From an uncultured Bacilli bacterium (GTDB lineage Bacteria; Bacillota_I; Bacilli_A; RF39; UBA660), in NCBI GenBank assembly GCA_944358415.1, contig CALVRA010000005.1, positions 6,778-70,777 on the forward strand: 64,000 bases of DNA, written 5' to 3'. Below are positions 54,818 to 64,000 of this stretch, one piece after another (the first letter of the stretch is position 1; the number at the start of each line of letters is the position of its first letter). A model generated the notes under the pieces. It made no database searches and was not told the origin of the DNA. It worked only from the letters and a program-made list of their open reading frames with translations. The translations under genes were made by a program, and so were the position numbers.

Positions 54818-56627
54818 GATAAATAGTGAGATTATTAAAATTATAATAAGTTCGGTTTTATTTATTATTTCTTTATTTTTTAAGGAAAATGATATTGTTT
54901 ATTTCGTATTATTAATTTTAAGTTATGTGATAGTGGCTTATGATATTTTTATAGAAGCTTTTAAGAAATTATTAAAAGGTTATTTGTTTGATGAGAGTAC
55001 TTTAATGATTATTGCAACAATTAGTGCTTTTATAATTGGTGAATATCCAGAGGCGGTTATGGTTATGCTTTTATTTCAGTTTGGTGAGTATTTATCAGAT
55101 ATGGCGGTAAATAATTCAAAAGATTCAATTGTTAAACTTATGGATTTGAGAAGTGATTATGTTAATTTGAAAAAAGGAGATAAGATAGAAAAAGTAGATG
55201 TTAAAGAGGCTAAGGTAGGGGATGTTTTTATAGTTAAACCTTTTGAAAAAATTCCACTTGATGGAGTTGTTATAGAAGGTGTGACGAGTGTAGATAGTTC
55301 TAGTTTGACAGGGGAGAGTGTTCCTATTCAAGTGCAGCCAAATTCTTTGGTTTTAAGCGGTTATATGAATGGTAGTGGTTTGATTAGTGTTAAAGCTACT
55401 AGTGATGATGTTACTTCAACGGCTAGTAAAATTATTAATTTACTTGAAAATTCTAATGAGAAGAAAACTGTTACTGAGAAGTTTATTACAAGATTTTCTA
55501 GAATTTATACACCTATTATAGTTATTTTAGCTATTTTACTTGTGTTAGTTCCTTTTATGTTTGGTGGAAGTTTAGAGATTTATAATGCTTTAGTATTTTT
55601 AGTAACAGCTTGTCCATGTGCTTTAGTTATTTCAGTTCCTTTAGGGTTCTTTTGTGGTGTTGGTAGAGCTAGTAAAGAGGGAATTTTAATTAAAGGTAGT
55701 GATGGAATAGATGGTTTGGCTAAGGTAGAGGCTTTAGTTTTAGATAAGACAGGGACGATTACAGAGGGTAAGTTTGAAGTTAGAGAAGTAGTAAGTGAGA
55801 ATGTTTCAGAGTTACTTCGTATGGCGGCTTGCTGTGAATATTATTCAAATCATCCGATTGCAAATTCGATAGTTGAAGCTTATGATGGTAAAATTGATGA
55901 AAAAGAAATAAAAAATTATGAGGAAATTAGTGGTTATGGGGTTAGAGCTATAGTTTATGGAAAAGATGTTATTGTAGGCAGTGATAAGTTAATGGTTATG
56001 AATGGTATTGATATTCCTAAAGTAGATTCTTTTGGAACGATTGTTTTTGTTTCTTTAAATGGAAAATATTTAGGTTATATTGGCATTTATGATAAAGTGA
56101 AAGATTCAGCTTTGGATTTGGTTTCTTCGCTTAAGAAACTTGGAATTGAAAAAATTTTTATGTTATCTGGTGATAATGAGGATATTTGCAGAAAAGTTTG
56201 TGAAAAAGTGAATATAAGTGAGTATTATTCTAAATTACTTCCTACAGATAAGGTTATGAAGTTAAAAAAATTTAAAAAAAATTATTTTACAGCTTTTGTT
56301 GGTGATGGAATTAATGATGCTCCTGTCATTAAAGAAGCAGATTTAGGTATTTCAATGGGGGGTATTGGAAGTGACGCGGCAATGGAAGCTGCAGGTATAA
56401 TAATTATGCACGATAATTTAAGTAAAATTCCTTTAGCAATAAAGATAGCTAGAGTGACTCAAAGAATAGTGAAATTTAATATTATATTTGCTTTAGTATT
56501 TAAGTTTTTAATGCTTATATTGGCATATTATGGTTTAGCTAGTATTTGGATGGCGGTATTTGCGGATGTTGGAGTGACATTACTTGCAGTACTTAATGCA
56601 CTTAGAATAATGCGAAAGAAGATATAA
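54807..56627 (+). CDS. Heavy-metal-translocating P1B-type ATPase (Cd/Zn-type CPC motif) lacking an N-terminal HMA domain
   Basis: TACPCALVIS, DKTGTIT, GDGINDAP. The protein starts directly with TM helices. Overlaps the regulator gene by 11 nt. Confidence 0.9.
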   Translation: MKIRINSEIIKIIISSVLFIISLFFKENDIVYFVLLILSYVIVAYDIFIEAFKKLLKGYLFDESTLMIIATISAFIIGEYPEAVMVMLLFQFGEYLSDMAVNNSKDSIVKLMDLRSDYVNLKKGDKIEKVDVKEAKVGDVFIVKPFEKIPLDGVVIEGVTSVDSSSLTGESVPIQVQPNSLVLSGYMNGSGLISVKATSDDVTSTASKIINLLENSNEKKTVTEKFITRFSRIYTPIIVILAILLVLVPFMFGGSLEIYNALVFLVTACPCALVISVPLGFFCGVGRASKEGILIKGSDGIDGLAKVEALVLDKTGTITEGKFEVREVVSENVSELLRMAACCEYYSNHPIANSIVEAYDGKIDEKEIKNYEEISGYGVRAIVYGKDVIVGSDKLMVMNGIDIPKVDSFGTIVFVSLNGKYLGYIGIYDKVKDSALDLVSSLKKLGIEKIFMLSGDNEDICRKVCEKVNISEYYSKLLPTDKVMKLKKFKKNYFTAFVGDGINDAPVIKEADLGISMGGIGSDAAMEAAGIIIMHDNLSKIPLAIKIARVTQRIVKFNIIFALVFKFLMLILAYYGLASIWMAVFADVGVTLLAVLNALRIMRKKI

Positions 56628-56709
56628 AATTCAGAATTTTCTGGATTTTTTTGTTTTAAAAAAGGAATTTGGTTATTTTTGTCGTATGTTAATATATAGA
56701 GGTGAAAAT

Positions 56710-57402
56710 ATGGAAATGTTAAATGTAAAAAATTTAAGTAAAAAATATGTGAATGGGACTTATGAATTTTGGGCTTTAAATAATATTAATTTTAAAGTAA
56801 ATAAAGGTGAATTTGTAGCAATTATTGGGCCAAGTGGATGTGGTAAAAGCACGCTTTTACATTTATTAGCAGGATTAGATAGTCCAAGTAGTGGCAGTGT
56901 TTATATTAATAATCAAAATATTTATGAATTTTCAGATAAGGAGTTAATTGTATTTAGAAGAAAATATATCGGAGTTATTTATCAGTTTTATAATTTGGTT
57001 CCAGTTTTGAGTGTTAAGGAAAATATTTTGCTTCCAGCTTTATTTGATGGAAGAAAGGTAGATGATAAAAGAATTCATGATTTGATTAAAAGTTTAGGTC
57101 TTACAAATAAAGAGGATATGTTTCCTAATGATTTATCTGGTGGTCAGCAACAGAGGGTGGCTATTGGCAGAGCTTTAATAAATAAACCTAAGATTTTATT
57201 TTGTGATGAGCCAACTGGTAATTTAGATAGTAAAAATACGAATTATGTGATGAAGTTATTAAGGTTTTGTAATAAAAGGTTTAAACAGACTATTATAATG
57301 GTGACACACGATTTATCTTTGGCTAAAAAGGCTGATAGGGTTATTGAAATGTGTGATGGAATGATTATAAAGGATGAGTACAGTGATAGGCCTAAGCATT
57401 AG
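56710..57402 (+). CDS. ABC transporter ATP-binding protein (MacB/FtsE-type)
   Basis: GPSGCGKST, LSGGQQQRVAIGRA, LFCDEPTGNLD. ATG follows AGGTGA. Confidence 0.9.
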   Translation: MEMLNVKNLSKKYVNGTYEFWALNNINFKVNKGEFVAIIGPSGCGKSTLLHLLAGLDSPSSGSVYINNQNIYEFSDKELIVFRRKYIGVIYQFYNLVPVLSVKENILLPALFDGRKVDDKRIHDLIKSLGLTNKEDMFPNDLSGGQQQRVAIGRALINKPKILFCDEPTGNLDSKNTNYVMKLLRFCNKRFKQTIIMVTHDLSLAKKADRVIEMCDGMIIKDEYSDRPKH

Positions 57403-59308
57403 ATATTTTAAAAAAAATAAAAAACAGAGTTTAACTATTATTATTGCAGTAGGGCTTGCTAGTATTTTATTTTTTAGTGTTGGTATTTTATTTTCTTCTT
57501 TTAGAGAGTATTTAATAGATAAGGTTATAGAGAATAATGATTATCATGTTAAAATTATTGGAGATGTTTCTTTTGAAAAAAATATGACTTCTTTAAAGGA
57601 AAATAATGGGGAATACTATATAAAATTTGATAATATTTATAAAAGCTATGAATATACAGAAAAATTATGTCATGTGAATAAATGTGAAAAGATAATTTAT
57701 AATAATAAACTTTTTTCTTTGTATGGAATTGGTGATGATAATTATTTAGAGTTATTTATGAGTTTGATAATAGGTATTGTTACTATTTTATCTATTTCAG
57801 TTTTTTTTATTATATATAATGCTTTTCAAATGGCTTTTGTTAAGAAAAAAAAGGACATATTTTTGTTTTTATCATCTTTTGCGGATTGGAAGCAAATTTT
57901 TAAAATATTTTTATTTGAGGAAATTATTTGTGGTGTATTTGGTGTTTTAATTGGAGTTGTTTTGAGTGTTTTTTTGAATTTAGCTTTAATTAAAATAATT
58001 AATATAGTTTTATTTGAATTTTTAAACGGAAAGTTAGAGTTCAATATTTATATACCTTTTATTTTAATACCACTTATTTTTATAATGTTTATTGTTTTTT
58101 TATCTTCGGTTTTACCACTTTTAAAAATAAAAAAATATAATATTATAGATGTTTATAAAAAGGGTGATATTGATAGAGTTCATTATTTTCCTTTGAAAAA
58201 TTTAGCTTTAGGTTTTGCTTTTACTAATTATGAAAGAGGTAAGAGAAAATATAGAAGTTTAATTTTATGTATATTTATTTTAATTGTTTTGTTTAATAGT
58301 TTTTTAAGTTTTATTAGTTATACAAAGATAATTTTTAATGAATATTTAAATTTACCTAAGTATGATGTATCTTTAAATGTGAGTGAGTATGATTATGAAA
58401 AATTATTAGATTTTAGTAATTATTTAAAAGCGGATAAGACGAATATTTTTAAAACATGTATGCAGAAAGTAGAGATTCCTTTAAAAAATTATAATAAAGG
58501 TTATCAAAAAACAAGCAATTTAATTATTACTAATTTAGGGGGAAACAAGTTAGTTAATTTAGTCGATAATACAGTTTTAAAAGGTGATAAGATGTATAGA
58601 GAAAAATATATACCTTTTAAGAAAATTGAAAATTTAATGATTGGTGATTATCAAATTAATGTTTCACTGTCATCAAAGGTTTCTTTTGGATTTGAAAATA
58701 TGCTTTTGGAGGGAAATTATATTTTAAATTTGAATAATAATGATTTTAATTTAGTTTGTCCGAAGTATGAAGGAAAAGCTTTTATAAGGACTAAGGAGAC
58801 TGGCCTTGATAAGAAAATTGCAGAGTATGCTGAAAAAAATGATTTTTATGATTTAAGTTATATAAATGTGAAAAAGGGATATGAATTTATAAATAATGTT
58901 ATTTTGGTTTTAAAATTATTTATGTTTATAAGTGTTTTTATTATTGGAATTATTGTAGTTATGGTTATTTTTAATATTGTATCAGCAAATATAAAGATTA
59001 GGAAAAAGGAATTTGCAACTTTAAAAAGTTTAGGATTTGAACATGTTAATTTAAGTTTGTTTTTGGAAAGTTTAATAATTTGTTTAAAAGGAGGCTTTTA
59101 TGCTTTTCCATTTGTTTTACTAATTAATAGATATTTATTTAGTAATTTTGTTAACTTTTTTGATATTAAAGTTATGATTATGAATTATAAAGTCTTTTTA
59201 ATAAGTATTTTGTTTATTTTTATATTAGTTTTAGTATGTATGTTTTATAGTCATAGATGTTTATATAAAAACAGTTTGATTAATAATATTAAAGATGATA
59301 AATTTTAA
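57374..59308 (+). CDS. FtsX-family ABC permease
   Basis: 644 aa with two FtsX-type TM blocks. Overlaps the ATPase gene. Confidence 0.8.
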   Translation: MSTVIGLSIRYFKKNKKQSLTIIIAVGLASILFFSVGILFSSFREYLIDKVIENNDYHVKIIGDVSFEKNMTSLKENNGEYYIKFDNIYKSYEYTEKLCHVNKCEKIIYNNKLFSLYGIGDDNYLELFMSLIIGIVTILSISVFFIIYNAFQMAFVKKKKDIFLFLSSFADWKQIFKIFLFEEIICGVFGVLIGVVLSVFLNLALIKIINIVLFEFLNGKLEFNIYIPFILIPLIFIMFIVFLSSVLPLLKIKKYNIIDVYKKGDIDRVHYFPLKNLALGFAFTNYERGKRKYRSLILCIFILIVLFNSFLSFISYTKIIFNEYLNLPKYDVSLNVSEYDYEKLLDFSNYLKADKTNIFKTCMQKVEIPLKNYNKGYQKTSNLIITNLGGNKLVNLVDNTVLKGDKMYREKYIPFKKIENLMIGDYQINVSLSSKVSFGFENMLLEGNYILNLNNNDFNLVCPKYEGKAFIRTKETGLDKKIAEYAEKNDFYDLSYINVKKGYEFINNVILVLKLFMFISVFIIGIIVVMVIFNIVSANIKIRKKEFATLKSLGFEHVNLSLFLESLIICLKGGFYAFPFVLLINRYLFSNFVNFFDIKVMIMNYKVFLISILFIFILVLVCMFYSHRCLYKNSLINNIKDDKF

Positions 59309-59354
59309 ACTATGTGTCATATAATTATGATATAATTAAACAGAGGGTGATTAT

Positions 59355-60434
59355 ATGCGTGTAGTTATTAGTGCGGGTGGAACTGGTGGTCATATTTATC
59401 CAGCATTAGCTATTATTAATAAAATTAAGCAAAAGGAGCCTGATAGTGAGTTTTTATATATTGGAACGCACAATAGAATGGAAAAAGATATTGTTCCAAA
59501 TAAGGGCATACCTTTTGAATCAATTGAGATGTATGGTTTTAGTAAGAAAATTTTTAAAAATTTTAAGACGGTTAGGTGTTTGTTTAAAGCGTTTAAAAGA
59601 TGTGAGAAGTTGATAAAAGATTTTAATCCTGATGTTGTTATAGGAGTTGGCGGATATGTGACGGTTCCAGTGATTAAGAGTGCGAAAAAATTAGGTTATA
59701 AGACTTTTTTACATGAACAAAATGCACTTCCTGGTAAGTCTAATAAGTATTTGAGTAAATACTGTGATTTGATAGGAGTTTCTTTCGAAAGTTCTTTAAA
59801 ATATTTTCCTAGGGGTAAAGCAGTTGTTACTGGTAATCCTTGTAGTGAAGATGCATTAAAAGTGGATAGTTTGGTTAAGTCTAGTTTGGGACTTTCTGAT
59901 AATAAAAAGCTTGTTTTAATTGTGATGGGTTCTTTAGGTGCTTCTTTAGTAAGTAAGTTTTTAGAAAGTGAACTTTTGAAGTTTAAGGATAAAGATTATG
60001 AGGTTTTATTTGTGACTGGCAAAGGTTCTTATGATGAGGTTATGAGTCATAGTTATCCTAAGAATGTACATATTATTGCTTTTTATGAAGGTTTAACTAA
60101 AGTGATGAAGAAAACTGATTTGATGATATCGAGGGCTGGAGCTTCTACTTTAAGTGAAATTATTGCTTTAAAAGTGCCTAGTATTTTGGTGCCTTCACCT
60201 TATGTTGCTAATAATCATCAGTATTTGAATGCTTTGGATTTGGTTAATAATGAGGCAGCTTTGATGATTGAAGAAAAAGATTTAAAGGATGGAGTTTTGG
60301 TTTCTAAGGTAGATAGTTTGATTAATAATAATTTTAAGTTGAATAATATGAAAAAAAATTTAAAAAAGATGCAAGTTTTGAATAGTGCGGAAGTTATATA
60401 TGAAAATTTGAAAAAAATAATTTTAGATGAGTAA
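59355..60434 (+). CDS. murG: UDP-N-acetylglucosamine--N-acetylmuramyl-(pentapeptide) pyrophosphoryl-undecaprenol GlcNAc transferase
   Basis: MRVVISAGGTGGHIYPALAI...HEQNALPG...SRAGASTLSEI... Confidence 0.95.
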   Translation: MRVVISAGGTGGHIYPALAIINKIKQKEPDSEFLYIGTHNRMEKDIVPNKGIPFESIEMYGFSKKIFKNFKTVRCLFKAFKRCEKLIKDFNPDVVIGVGGYVTVPVIKSAKKLGYKTFLHEQNALPGKSNKYLSKYCDLIGVSFESSLKYFPRGKAVVTGNPCSEDALKVDSLVKSSLGLSDNKKLVLIVMGSLGASLVSKFLESELLKFKDKDYEVLFVTGKGSYDEVMSHSYPKNVHIIAFYEGLTKVMKKTDLMISRAGASTLSEIIALKVPSILVPSPYVANNHQYLNALDLVNNEAALMIEEKDLKDGVLVSKVDSLINNNFKLNNMKKNLKKMQVLNSAEVIYENLKKIILDE

Positions 60435-60500
60435 ATTTTTTCTTTAGAAAAATCGATAAACTAAAGATAATTAAAAACAGTAGAATAAAAAGGTGATTAT

Positions 60501-61169
60501 GTGGCAAAAAAAAAGAAAAGAAAAATAAAAGTTAAAAATGTTTTATTAGTATTTATTATAACTATAGTTATCTTGTTTTGTTTGGCTCTTTTGACAGATG
60601 TGAAAATTAACAATATTGTTATAAAAGGCAATACGATTTATAGTGACTGGGAAATTATTGAAAAAGCTGGGTTAGAAGATTATCCTAGTAGTTTGAAAAC
60701 TTTATCAAAAACAATTGAAAATAGGTTAGAAGATGATGATTATATACAAAGTGTTAATGTGAGAAGGCCTAGTTTGACAAAAGTTGTGATTGAAATTAAG
60801 GAAAATGTGCCTCTATTTTATTATTTGCCAGCTTCTAAGACGATTTTAGCAAATAATAAAGAGGTTACAGATAATTTTTCTGTTCCCACGGTGATTAATT
60901 ATATTCCTGATAATATTTATAAGAAGTTTGTTTCAGCTATGAAAGATATTAATTATGATATAGTTAAGAGGATATCTGAGATAAAATATGATCCTAATGA
61001 TGTTGATGATGGTAGGTTTTTATTATCGATGAATGATGGCAATCAGGTTTATTTAACGCTTAATAATTTTGATAAAATAGATGGTTATTTGGAAATTATT
61101 AAAGAATTTGATAATAAAAAGGGGATATTATATTTAGATTCTGGCGAATATTTTGAAGTTAAAGGGTAA
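60501..61169 (+). CDS. divIB: Cell division protein DivIB/FtsQ (POTRA domain)
   Basis: Basic N-terminus, one TM helix, POTRA-like ...INNIVIKGNTIYSDWEI... Position between murG and ftsA. Confidence 0.8.
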   Translation: MAKKKKRKIKVKNVLLVFIITIVILFCLALLTDVKINNIVIKGNTIYSDWEIIEKAGLEDYPSSLKTLSKTIENRLEDDDYIQSVNVRRPSLTKVVIEIKENVPLFYYLPASKTILANNKEVTDNFSVPTVINYIPDNIYKKFVSAMKDINYDIVKRISEIKYDPNDVDDGRFLLSMNDGNQVYLTLNNFDKIDGYLEIIKEFDNKKGILYLDSGEYFEVKG

Positions 61170-61263
61170 TTTTGCTTAAAAAAAATTAAATTGGGTTTAC
61201 ATTTTCTTTTAAGTAGGGTAAAATTATAGTATAATTAATGATAGACCGTAGGAGGATGATGTT

Positions 61264-62493
61264 ATGAAGCATGTTTATGCGAGTATCGATTTTGGCAGTG
61301 ATTCTGTTAAACTTGTCGTTTGCGAATTATACCAAAATCATTTAAATTTACTTGCAGCGACAACTATTCCTTCTAGAGGGATAAGAAATGGTTTAATTGT
61401 TGAGCCAGAGCTTGCGAAAAAATCAATAATGATGGCTTTAAAGAAAGTTAATGAAATGCTTGGAATTCCAATAAAAAAAGTAATTGCGAATATCCCTAAT
61501 CATCGTGCGGAATACAAACTTATTAAAGGTATATGTAATGTAAGAGGAGATTTAATTGATGGAACGGATATGATTAATTCATATAAGGCTGGTATTAAGG
61601 CAAATTTGCGAACTAATGAAGAATTTGTTACAGTTGTTCCAATTGATTTTAAAATCAATGATAGTAGGGTTGTGAAAGATCCTAAGGGATTCCCTGGAAA
61701 AAAACTTTTGGGTAGAGCGATGATGGTGACAGTTCCTAAGAAAAATGTCTATTCTGTAGCTAGTATATTAGAAGGGATGGGAATTGAACTTGTAGATATT
61801 TCGACTTCTAGTATTGGTGATATGAATTGTTTTAGGAATGAAGCGTTGGAAAAAAGTGTGAGTGCGATTATAAATATTGGTGCAGATATTACAACAGTGT
61901 CTTTATATAATAAATGTATTCCTGTTAGCACGAAGATAATTGGTGCTGGAGGTAATGATATTGATCGTGATTTAGCTTATGCATATAAATTCGATTTGTC
62001 TGAAGCTAGGAAAGTTAAGGAAAAGTTTGCACTTGCACATACTAGGAATTCTAGTGTTCATGATATTTATGAGACAGTTAATAGTGATAATGTAAAGATT
62101 AAGATTAATCAAAAAGCAGTTTCTGAAGTAATTATGAGTCGCATTAATGAAATACTTACTTTGGCAAAAAATGAGTTAAAAGACTTAACAAATAAGCCAA
62201 TTCAGTATATAATAGTTACTGGTGGTGTGAGCAATATGTTAGATTTTGAATATTGTTTACGCGATACTTTGCCTGTGGCTAGTAAAGGGGCAGTTAAATT
62301 AGTAGGTGTTAGAAATAATAAATATAGTACAGTTATTGGTAATATTATTTATTTTCTAAATACATTAAAATTAAAAGGAATGAATTATTCTATGCTTAGT
62401 GAAGATGAAATGGATGAGATTTCTTCACCTAAAGAAAATTCTAACGATGATACAATGCTAGGGAAGGTATTTGGATACTTTTTTGGCGAATAG
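61264..62493 (+). CDS. ftsA: Cell division protein FtsA
   Basis: Actin-like ATPase (...ASIDFGSDSVKLVV...IVTGGVSNM...). Located upstream of ftsZ. Confidence 0.95.
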   Translation: MKHVYASIDFGSDSVKLVVCELYQNHLNLLAATTIPSRGIRNGLIVEPELAKKSIMMALKKVNEMLGIPIKKVIANIPNHRAEYKLIKGICNVRGDLIDGTDMINSYKAGIKANLRTNEEFVTVVPIDFKINDSRVVKDPKGFPGKKLLGRAMMVTVPKKNVYSVASILEGMGIELVDISTSSIGDMNCFRNEALEKSVSAIINIGADITTVSLYNKCIPVSTKIIGAGGNDIDRDLAYAYKFDLSEARKVKEKFALAHTRNSSVHDIYETVNSDNVKIKINQKAVSEVIMSRINEILTLAKNELKDLTNKPIQYIIVTGGVSNMLDFEYCLRDTLPVASKGAVKLVGVRNNKYSTVIGNIIYFLNTLKLKGMNYSMLSEDEMDEISSPKENSNDDTMLGKVFGYFFGE

Positions 62494-62505
62494 GAGGAAA
62501 TTAAT

Positions 62506-63546
62506 ATGATAGGAATTGAAATGGATCAACTTGCAAAAATAAAAGTAATAGGTGTTGGGGGCGGCGGCTGTAATGCGGTTAATAGAATGACAGAATCGGT
62601 TGAGGGAGTAGAATTTATAGTTGCTAATACGGATTCACAAGTTTTAAATAATTCGCTTGCTGAGCATAAAATTCAAATAGGAGCTGAGCTTACTCATGGG
62701 CTTGGAGCTGGAGCTAATCCTCAAATTGGTAAAGAGGCTGCTTTAGAGTCTAAAAGTGAATTAGAGGAAGCTTTAAAGGGTGCAGATATGGTATTTATCA
62801 CCTGTGGTATGGGTGGTGGTACTGGTACTGGAGCAGCTCCTGTTATTGCGGATATTGCACAAAATTCTGGAGCTTTAACTATTGGTATTGTTACTAAACC
62901 ATTTTCTTTTGAAGGTAAAAAAAGAATGGAACAAGCTTTAGCTGGTATTGAGGAATTAAAAAAACATGTGGATACTTTGATTGTAGTGCCAAATGATAGA
63001 TTAAGAGAAATTATTGATAAGTCTACACCGCTTTTGGATTCGTTTAAAGAGGTTGATAATGTACTTAGAAGAGGAGTTCAATCTATTTCTGATTTGATTG
63101 CTTGTCCAGGATTAATTAATTTGGATTTTGCTGATGTTAAAACAGTAATGGAAAAACGTGGTAATGCTCTTATCGGTATAGGTGCAGGAGTTGGAGAGGA
63201 CAGAGCTGTGGAAGCAGCTAATCAAGCAGTACTTTCTCCACTTTTGGAAACTAGTATTGATGGAGCTACAGATGCGATTATTAATGTTACTGGTGGACCT
63301 AATTTAACTTTATTTGAAGTAGAAGAAGCTGTTGAAGCAATTAGAAAATCGGCAAATACTGATATTAATACCATATTTGGTGCGGTTATTAATGAAAACT
63401 TTACTGATGAGCTTATTGTAACGGTTATTGCGACTGGCTTTGATCAACATAAAGAACAAGAAGATGAGGATGATATTCCTATTGTAGGATTAGATGATGA
63501 GGATACTGTTATACCAGCATTCTTGAGAAAAAGAGGAAATTATTAA
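62506..63546 (+). CDS. ftsZ: Cell division protein FtsZ
   Basis: [13 protein letters not shown]...[13 protein letters not shown]... tubulin signature. Confidence 0.97.
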   Translation: MIGIEMDQLAKIKVIGVGGGGCNAVNRMTESVEGVEFIVANTDSQVLNNSLAEHKIQIGAELTHGLGAGANPQIGKEAALESKSELEEALKGADMVFITCGMGGGTGTGAAPVIADIAQNSGALTIGIVTKPFSFEGKKRMEQALAGIEELKKHVDTLIVVPNDRLREIIDKSTPLLDSFKEVDNVLRRGVQSISDLIACPGLINLDFADVKTVMEKRGNALIGIGAGVGEDRAVEAANQAVLSPLLETSIDGATDAIINVTGGPNLTLFEVEEAVEAIRKSANTDINTIFGAVINENFTDELIVTVIATGFDQHKEQEDEDDIPIVGLDDEDTVIPAFLRKRGNY

Positions 63547-63575
63547 AAAACTTACCTTTTGTGGTAAGTTTTTTT
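63547..63575. terminator. Bidirectional terminator between ftsZ and the sortase gene
   Basis: AAAACTTACC-ttttgt-GGTAAGTTTT followed by T-run. Confidence 0.75.
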
Positions 63576-64000
63576 ATAGTGTTTTATTTTGATTTATTTC
63601 TTTTATTAAAACTGGACTTTTTTTACAATATACAGAAATTCGGTTATTTGGATCATTTGAACTACCAAGATTTGTACATGTTGTTAAAATTATAATTTCA
63701 TCATTTGGGTTTACTTCAGTATTTGTTTTAATTAAAGATGAATTTATGATGTTATTCATATCAATTAAAAATTGATTTTGGTCATCATAAGTTCCAAGTT
63801 GCTGGGTGGTTGGATTGTTAACAACACAAGCAATAACATCTAGGTTATATTCTTCGTTTTCAGTATATAGTTTTAATGATCCATCTGAGCCAATGGTTTG
63901 GTCATAAGCTTCTTGATTTTGGCAGATGTTTGCTAATTTGGTAAACATGGTACTGCCACCATTATTAAAGTTGTGACCCCAAATTCTTTGAACTTGACTG
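63574..64000 (-). CDS. Sortase-family transpeptidase (class B-like), 5' end outside the window
   Basis: The frame stays open to the window edge (...IWGHNFNNGGSTMFTKL...). Motif ...IIILTTCT... matches the sortase TLxTC catalytic motif. Confidence 0.65.
   Translation of the reverse strand, partial: SQVQRIWGHNFNNGGSTMFTKLANICQNQEAYDQTIGSDGSLKLYTENEEYNLDVIACVVNNPTTQQLGTYDDQNQFLIDMNNIINSSLIKTNTEVNPNDEIIILTTCTNLGSSNDPNNRISVYCKKSPVLIKEINQNKTL

Overview
Chromosomal segment from a low-GC (about 30% GC) Firmicute using the standard bacterial genetic code (TGA, TAA and TAG all end clear genes). My taxonomic impression is Erysipelotrichia/Clostridia-like, which is unverified. Most of the window is housekeeping. 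It contains a Fur-family regulator plus rubrerythrin, a GH3 hexosaminidase, gatCAB and aspS, two M16 peptidases, uvrC, gmk, cell-wall enzymes, a phosphohexomutase, a CorA-type channel, an ArsR/P-type ATPase metal pair, two FtsX-type ABC exporters (one with a BceRS-like two-component system) and the division cluster murG-divIB-ftsA-ftsZ. There are ten tRNA genes: Lys, Ile, Glu, four Asn, Ser, Arg and Thr. The most unusual locus is at 5.2-11.0 kb. One promoter drives tRNA-Ile and tRNA-Glu, followed by a complete T-box leader whose specifier reads AAC (Asn). The leader's terminator is followed after 8 nt by four tandem tRNA-Asn genes, then by tightly packed gatC-gatA-gatB-aspS. All four tRNA-Asn genes have G1-C72 rather than the U1-A72 that I recall as the GatCAB identity pair. 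Mobile or decayed DNA includes: (1) an IS1182-like insertion sequence that duplicated the aspS terminator hairpin (21-23 bp); (2) a 640-bp non-autonomous element with imperfect terminal inverted repeats (TIRs) and a 5-bp target duplication, which splits an ORF6N-type gene and carries a consensus promoter driving a short terminator-ended RNA; (3) a class-II fic gene next to tRNA-Thr, bracketed by about 78-bp direct repeats each built from two hairpins. Several genes carry single lesions: an A8 frameshift in an XRE regulator, an in-frame TAA in its divergent neighbour, a GH25 lysozyme with no canonical start codon, and a gene split at a T6 run. No CRISPR array or rRNA was seen. All calls come from reading the sequence and the ORF translations. 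No database searches were run.
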